A stretch of DNA of 32,000 nt from Candidatus Nanopusillus acidilobi (GTDB lineage Archaea > Nanobdellota > Nanobdellia > Nanobdellales > Nanobdellaceae). Made by a program: the position numbers and the translations under genes. Shown here in pieces: positions 27,108 through 32,000 of this stretch. Location of the stretch: NCBI GenBank assembly GCA_001552015.1, contig CP010514.1, positions 240,001 through 272,000 on the forward strand. The letters run 5' to 3'. The notes under the pieces are model-generated. The model saw only the letters and a list, made by a program, of their open reading frames with translations. It had not been told where the DNA came from and did not search any database. Each line of letters begins with the position of its first letter. The stretch's first letter is position 1.

Positions 27108-27667
27108 TGAAGCATTTGCAATTTTTGGGGAAATATATAGATGATATAATAAAGGGGAATAAAAATTTAACTATAAGATTATCAAAGGCAAATTTAAGGA
27201 TTGGAGATATTTTTATTTTACATGCTGGGGGAAAAGTAATTGGAAAATTTAAGGTAAAAAATATATATACAAAAAAATTATATCAAATAACAGATGAAGA
27301 AGCAAAAAGAGATGGTTATAATAATAAAGAAGAATTAATAAATGATTTAAAAAGAATATATAAAAGATTAGATTTAAATAGAGAGGTTGCAATTATAGAA
27401 TTTGAACCTATAGAAATAATAAATAATATATCTTCTGAGGAATTTGCATGGGGTGGAAAAAAGATTGATTTAATCGAATTAGCAAAATTAATATTAAAAT
27501 ATGATGAAAAATTAAATGAAAAGGAAAGAAAACTATTAAATATTTTAATTGAAAGTGGGAGTTTAAGAAAGGCTGCAATTAAATTAGGAGGATTAAATAA
27601 AAGATATATAATTAGGAAAATATTAAAGAAGGGATTTTATAGATTAAGGGAAAAGAAAATCATATAA
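27107..27667 (+). CDS. ASCH domain protein with C-terminal helix-turn-helix-like region
   Basis: LQFLGKYIDDIIKGNKNLTIRLSKANLRIGDIFILHAGGKVIGKFKVKNIYTKKLYQITDEEAKRDGY is ASCH-like; SGSLRKAAIKLGGLNKRYIIRKILKKG is HTH-like. Confidence 0.75.
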   Translation: MKHLQFLGKYIDDIIKGNKNLTIRLSKANLRIGDIFILHAGGKVIGKFKVKNIYTKKLYQITDEEAKRDGYNNKEELINDLKRIYKRLDLNREVAIIEFEPIEIINNISSEEFAWGGKKIDLIELAKLILKYDEKLNEKERKLLNILIESGSLRKAAIKLGGLNKRYIIRKILKKGFYRLREKKII

Positions 27668-29042
27668 TATTTTCTTGTCTTAAATTTATTTTTAAATTTT
27701 TAATAAATTCTTCATAATTATTTATATCTAATAAAAAACCTCCAAAGTTATCAAAACTAGAATAATAAATTAAATTATTATCAAACATCTTTTTCAATAT
27801 ATTATTTATTAATTTTTTATTTTCATCTTTATTTGTTCTAATTATCCCTCTATAAAAATTATTTACTTTATATAATAAAGCAATAACCCTCCCATTTATT
27901 ATATTTTCTTTAATTAAAAGATTTAATAATAGAGATAAGAAATAGCCATTTCCATAATTTTTTTCAATTTTTATTATCTTTAATCCATTTTCATCTTTTA
28001 TTTGTATATTATTATTTATTATATCATATAATAATTTTGAAAATTGTAATCTCAAATTATTTTCAGATTCTCTTAAAATATCAATATTATATTTTTTAAA
28101 GAAATATAATATCCCTTCTCTTTTATTATTCTCAATTAATCCTTCAATATCATATAATAATTCTAATAAATCTCCAATCTCTTCATTTTTATTAATATTA
28201 TATATTTCACTTATTAGATCATCTGTTCTTTGTAAATTATATTTTAACTTTAATTTTATTATACTGCTAACTAATTTTTTAATATCTTCTTCAGATAAAT
28301 CTTTGTAAAATATGCCTGCAATTCCTTTATCCTTTGTATTTAATTCTTTTACTAATTCTAAAGCTTTTTCATCACTTCCAGAAATGTTTGGAATATAGAA
28401 ATTAAATGGAGAGCTTAATACTTTATATAAAGGTTTTGTAAATATACCTGGAATATTTATTCCAGTATATTTTGATAATATTTCCCTATCAATTAATTCA
28501 TTTAGTATTTCATTATTTGGTTTATCAAAATCATATAAATTTCCAACTAATGATAAATATAAAATATTTTTATCATATGGATTTAAACTTTGATATAAAT
28601 AATATAATATATTTGATGTAGATATTTCTTTATAACCATCCAAATTAAAAATATTTGGATTAAGATTTACAACATTATTTAATTCAATATCTTTTACTGT
28701 TGTAAAATGATGATCTATTATATATATCTTTTTATTTAAATCCTTATTTAACTTTATTACATCATCTGAAAATATGGATCCAGTATCTAAAAATATTATG
28801 TTATCATATTCATACCCACTTTCACCTAAAAATAAATTATTAACTTCCTTTTTACTTATATAATCTAAAAATGTTAGATGAACTTCAGAATTTTTTTCAT
28901 ATAGATATTTTAATAAAAATATTGATGAAGATAAACCATCAGGATTTAATGAAGATATAATCAAAAAATTTTGCTTATTTTCTACTGACTTATTTATTCT
29001 ATTAGATATTTCTTCTATATAAGATAAAAATCTATTGTTCAT
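27660..29042 (-). CDS. DHH-fold protein, archaeal RecJ/GAN/Cdc45-like with degenerate motifs
   Basis: SSLNPDGLSSSIFLLKYL (motif I Asp replaced by Asn), IIFLDTGS, IYIIDHHFT; degenerate GGFLLDI in place of a DHHA1 GGHP motif; directly downstream of rps15. Confidence 0.75.
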   Translation of the reverse strand: MNNRFLSYIEEISNRINKSVENKQNFLIISSLNPDGLSSSIFLLKYLYEKNSEVHLTFLDYISKKEVNNLFLGESGYEYDNIIFLDTGSIFSDDVIKLNKDLNKKIYIIDHHFTTVKDIELNNVVNLNPNIFNLDGYKEISTSNILYYLYQSLNPYDKNILYLSLVGNLYDFDKPNNEILNELIDREILSKYTGINIPGIFTKPLYKVLSSPFNFYIPNISGSDEKALELVKELNTKDKGIAGIFYKDLSEEDIKKLVSSIIKLKLKYNLQRTDDLISEIYNINKNEEIGDLLELLYDIEGLIENNKREGILYFFKKYNIDILRESENNLRLQFSKLLYDIINNNIQIKDENGLKIIKIEKNYGNGYFLSLLLNLLIKENIINGRVIALLYKVNNFYRGIIRTNKDENKKLINNILKKMFDNNLIYYSSFDNFGGFLLDINNYEEFIKNLKINLRQENII

Positions 29043-29431
29043 GAATATCCATACATCTTTGCTATATCTCTACTATATTCAAATGTTTGTGGTAATTTTT
29101 TATTTCTCTTATAATATTTTATTAAACTTTTTACTCTGCTTTCTAATTCTTCTAATTTTTTCTTTGTTTTAATATCTTTTTTATGTAATTCTAAATGTTT
29201 TAGCATCATATTTATTTTTTTGAATAAATATAATAGATCTTCTGGTATTTCTTGTTTTAAATTTAAATCTTTTGTTGCATATTTTACTAACTTTTTATTT
29301 AATATTTCTTTAACCTTTATATTATATTTTTCTTTTAATTCTTTTCCAATTTGTGATGGAGTATACCCTTTATTCCATAATTCTTTTATTATATCATTAA
29401 TTTGTTCTTTTGATATTTGATTATTTTCCAT
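29039..29431 (-). CDS. rps15: 30S ribosomal protein S15
   Basis: IIKELWNKGYTPSQIGKELKEKY...IPEDLLYLFKKINMMLKHLELHKKDIKTKKKLEELESRVKSLIKYYKRNKKLP. Confidence 0.95.
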   Translation of the reverse strand: MENNQISKEQINDIIKELWNKGYTPSQIGKELKEKYNIKVKEILNKKLVKYATKDLNLKQEIPEDLLYLFKKINMMLKHLELHKKDIKTKKKLEELESRVKSLIKYYKRNKKLPQTFEYSRDIAKMYGYS

Positions 29432-29462
29432 ACTAGTTTAAATGATAAAAATATTAAAAAAA

Positions 29463-29969
29463 TTATCTTTCATACGTACCTATAAAGTATCCATATCCAA
29501 CAATATTTTCATCTCTTGCATATCTAATAAAATCTTCAAAAAACCATCCATCTATATATAATTCTTTATTTAGAAATAATATTATTGTATAATATCTATG
29601 TTTACCATGACCTCTTGGAGGACATGGACCATCATATCCAATTTTTCCAAAATCATTTTTACCCTGAATAATTTGTACATCATCTATTTTAACAATTCTT
29701 TCTTTCTTAATTCCTGGAGGTATACTTTTTATTGGTTTATTTATATATGCAATCCAATGTCTAAATATACCACCAGGTGCATCGGGATCTTCTACAAATA
29801 ATAACATGCTTTTTGAATTGTTTGGTATCTCTTCAATTACTATTGGAAATGATATGTTTTTTCCTTCGCATGTATAATCCTTTGGTATTGCTTCTAAATC
29901 TCTAAAGGAACTTGAATATATATTTACTTTTATTGCATTGTCAGGTATTTTTATATCCAATATTTCCAT
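29463..29969 (-). CDS. phosphatidylethanolamine-binding protein (PEBP/YbhB-like)
   Basis: IPKDYTCEGKNISFP, SMLLFVEDPDAPGGIFRHWIAYIN, GYDGPCPPRGHGKHRYYTIILFL. Confidence 0.93.
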   Translation of the reverse strand: MEILDIKIPDNAIKVNIYSSSFRDLEAIPKDYTCEGKNISFPIVIEEIPNNSKSMLLFVEDPDAPGGIFRHWIAYINKPIKSIPPGIKKERIVKIDDVQIIQGKNDFGKIGYDGPCPPRGHGKHRYYTIILFLNKELYIDGWFFEDFIRYARDENIVGYGYFIGTYER

Positions 29970-30008
29970 AAAATATATTTATTTAAAAATTTAATATATT
30001 TATCTTTT

Positions 30009-30056
30009 ATGATGAGAATCTAAAATCTGAAAAATGATGAGTTGTCGGTCTACTGA
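30009..30056 (+). ncRNA. C/D box sRNA (2'-O-methylation guide)
   Basis: ATGATGA (C, 30009-30015) - gaatctaaaat - CTGA (D', 30027-30030) - aaa - ATGATGA (C', 30034-30040) - gttgtcggtcta - CTGA (D, 30053-30056); perfect box sequences and archaeal spacing. Confidence 0.9.
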
Positions 30057-30086
30057 TTTATAAAATTATTTAAAAATATTTTTAAT

Positions 30087-30545
30087 ATGACTGTTTTGAG
30101 AGAATATGAATATGAAGATCATACTGCAGATATAAAGATTGTTGGTTACGGGAATACACCAAAGAGAGCAATTGAGGCATTAATATTGGGAATGTTTAAT
30201 ATTATATATGATAATGAGAAAGTTGAGAAAAAAGAATCGAAACAATTTATAATTGAAGGAAAAAATATATTAGAAATTATATATAATGTTGCTAAAATAT
30301 GTTTAGAGGATGTTTTTTATAAAGATAAGTTTGCTGTAAGAGATATAAGAGTAAAAAATTTAAAGAAAGTTAGAGTTGAAAGCAAGAAATATAAATGGGT
30401 ATGTAGATTTGAAGTTTATGGAGAGAAATATGATAAAGAAAAGCATGGATTTAAAAAAGAAGTTAAAGCAGTCACTTTACATGATATAAATATTACAAAA
30501 ATAATGAAAACCTATTGGAGTACAGAAATTGTTGTTGATGTCTAG
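30087..30545 (+). CDS. archease (RtcB tRNA ligase cofactor)
   Basis: YEYEDHTADIKIVGYGNTPKRAIEAL...EVKAVTLHDINI; 152 aa. Confidence 0.92.
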   Translation: MTVLREYEYEDHTADIKIVGYGNTPKRAIEALILGMFNIIYDNEKVEKKESKQFIIEGKNILEIIYNVAKICLEDVFYKDKFAVRDIRVKNLKKVRVESKKYKWVCRFEVYGEKYDKEKHGFKKEVKAVTLHDINITKIMKTYWSTEIVVDV

Positions 30546-31420
30546 CTTTCTTGTTCTTTTTTAGCTTCAAAATATTTATACAATGGTATGTTTCCAATTA
30601 AATAATATAATAGATCTAATATTATTGCAATAGATAATACAAATGCAAATTCATCAACAGATGGTTCTGGTACTATAAAATATAATAAAAGTAATGTGTA
30701 TAATGCGATAATCTCCATTAGCATTCCAACTCTAAATGACATTCTTACTCTTTCAATAAATGGTTTATCTTTTTCCTTTACTATATTTGTTGATAATACT
30801 ACATTATTATCAATTGCAAATCCTAGAATCATTAACATTCCAATAAATCCATTTGCTCCTATAGGATATTTTGTTATAGATAATATTGCTAACAATCCAA
30901 TAATATCAAATAATATTGTAGATATTATATTTAGGGTAATCCTAGAAGCTCTAAATGCTATAAATATTACAAATGCTGTAAGTACTATTGCTAAAAATAC
31001 GAAAAATAAAAATTGATTAAATATAAGATTACCTACTAAAGAACTATAATGTTGTATTGATATATCTGTAGGTAGCAAACTAATATTATAATCTTGATTT
31101 AATAAATTAATTAATAATGTTTCATTTATTTGATTTCCAGATTCAATATAAATAATATTTGGTGTATTATATAATACATAATCTGTTATATTCATTTGAT
31201 TCAATGCATTTTGTATTTCTGAATTTGTTATATGATAATTATTATTTATTAATGTTACATAACCTCCAGAAATTGTAATAGATTTATTAATTATATATCC
31301 ATATTTAAAATAATTGAATAATATTATTCCAGCAAATATTACAAATATTACTATGGAAATTAATAGAAACTTCTTATAATTATTTTCTATAAATGATAAG
31401 ATCTTCATTAATAGGCTCAT
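30542..31420 (-). CDS. secF: protein-export membrane protein SecF-like
   Basis: N-terminal TM, periplasmic region, LIFNQFLFFVFLAIVLTAFVIFIAFR, GFIGMLMILGFAIDNNVVLSTNIVKEKDKPFIERVRMSFRVGM; 292 aa. Confidence 0.8.
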   Translation of the reverse strand: MSLLMKILSFIENNYKKFLLISIVIFVIFAGIILFNYFKYGYIINKSITISGGYVTLINNNYHITNSEIQNALNQMNITDYVLYNTPNIIYIESGNQINETLLINLLNQDYNISLLPTDISIQHYSSLVGNLIFNQFLFFVFLAIVLTAFVIFIAFRASRITLNIISTILFDIIGLLAILSITKYPIGANGFIGMLMILGFAIDNNVVLSTNIVKEKDKPFIERVRMSFRVGMLMEIIALYTLLLLYFIVPEPSVDEFAFVLSIAIILDLLYYLIGNIPLYKYFEAKKEQES

Positions 31421-31473
31421 TTTTTACATATTCTTAAAAAAATATATAAACTTATATTTTTCATAATAGGTAT

Positions 31474-32000
31474 ATGAGATCATTTAACTATTTAGTAGAA
31501 ATAATATTGACCGTATCTTTAATATTGGTATTCTTAACAAACTTACAATTTCCTCAAAGTCCTTCATATTATATAAATTCATTTAATAAAAAATATACAT
31601 TATATACAGCTTTAGCAAATACTTATAATAATAAATTTCTTAGTTTTTTAGAAACAAATCAATTCGATGTATTGGCTTCAATATATAATAGTATGCTATC
31701 AAATTATTTCAATAGTTATGATTTAAAACAAACGATAGATTATAGTTTAAATTTTTATAATACTTATAATTCAACATGTTATGAATTCTTATTTCCATTT
31801 CCATATCTTGGAAACAATTTATTATATTCATTAAATATAAGTGAGCAGGTTAATAACTTTTTCTTAATATATAATTCTCAAGGAAAAATATGTGGAAATA
31901 TTGCATCAAGTGATGATTGGTATGGAGTAATAATATCTAGTTATTCTAGTAATAATTTATCTATATATTTAAATTTAACAAATGTAACAAGTTTTGTTAA
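31474..32000 (+). CDS. hypothetical membrane-anchored/secreted protein with N-terminal hydrophobic helix, partial
   Basis: Hand translation open to the window edge (not in ORF track): MRSFNYLVEIILTVSLILVFLTNLQFPQSPSYYINSFNKKYTLYTALANTYNNK...NLSIYLNLTNVTSFV. Confidence 0.7.
   Translation, partial: MRSFNYLVEIILTVSLILVFLTNLQFPQSPSYYINSFNKKYTLYTALANTYNNKFLSFLETNQFDVLASIYNSMLSNYFNSYDLKQTIDYSLNFYNTYNSTCYEFLFPFPYLGNNLLYSLNISEQVNNFFLIYNSQGKICGNIASSDDWYGVIISSYSSNNLSIYLNLTNVTSFV

Noticed and set aside
29220-31016. Plus-strand ORFs 29220..29420, 29598..29801, 30696..31016
   Set aside because: Antisense to rps15, PEBP and SecF-like genes respectively.
1-32000. CRISPR array, transposase, toxin-antitoxin or phage island
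   Set aside because: No regularly spaced identical repeats, no transposase or integrase motifs, and no restriction-modification or Cas signatures were seen by eye; the short repeats found are AT-rich spacer motifs.

Overview
The window is a compact, AT-rich archaeal chromosome segment. The reduced gene sizes, minimal spacers and gene content look like a Nanoarchaeota/DPANN-type genome; that placement is inference. It encodes information-processing and repair genes: partial ATP-dependent DNA ligase, YprA/Hrq1-like helicase, PCNA, histone, endonuclease III, RadA, XPD-like helicase, an alkyltransferase-like/EndoV fusion and two DHH phosphoesterases. Other supported genes are eIF5A, ribosomal proteins L15e, S8e, S11 and S15, an Sm-like protein, archease, SecF-like, SufC with a very short SufB/D-like partner, an AIM24-like protein, an M16-like peptidase, PEBP, DUF488, an ASCH protein and a MacB/FtsX-type ABC transporter locus. 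There is also a large secreted protein with a type-IV-pilin-like N-terminus. Four tRNA genes are present: Leu(TAA) with a 16-nt intron, Phe(GAA), CAT tRNA with a 28-nt intron, and Thr(CGT). One very clear C/D box sRNA sits just upstream of archease. The best second-look items are the ATL-EndoV fusion with PWWR instead of PCHR/PWHR, the apparent frameshift splitting nth, the tiny tRNA introns with clean bulge-helix-bulge geometry, the miniature SufB/D-like protein, the pilin-like adhesin, and the C/D sRNA. No CRISPR array, transposon or obvious defence island was seen.
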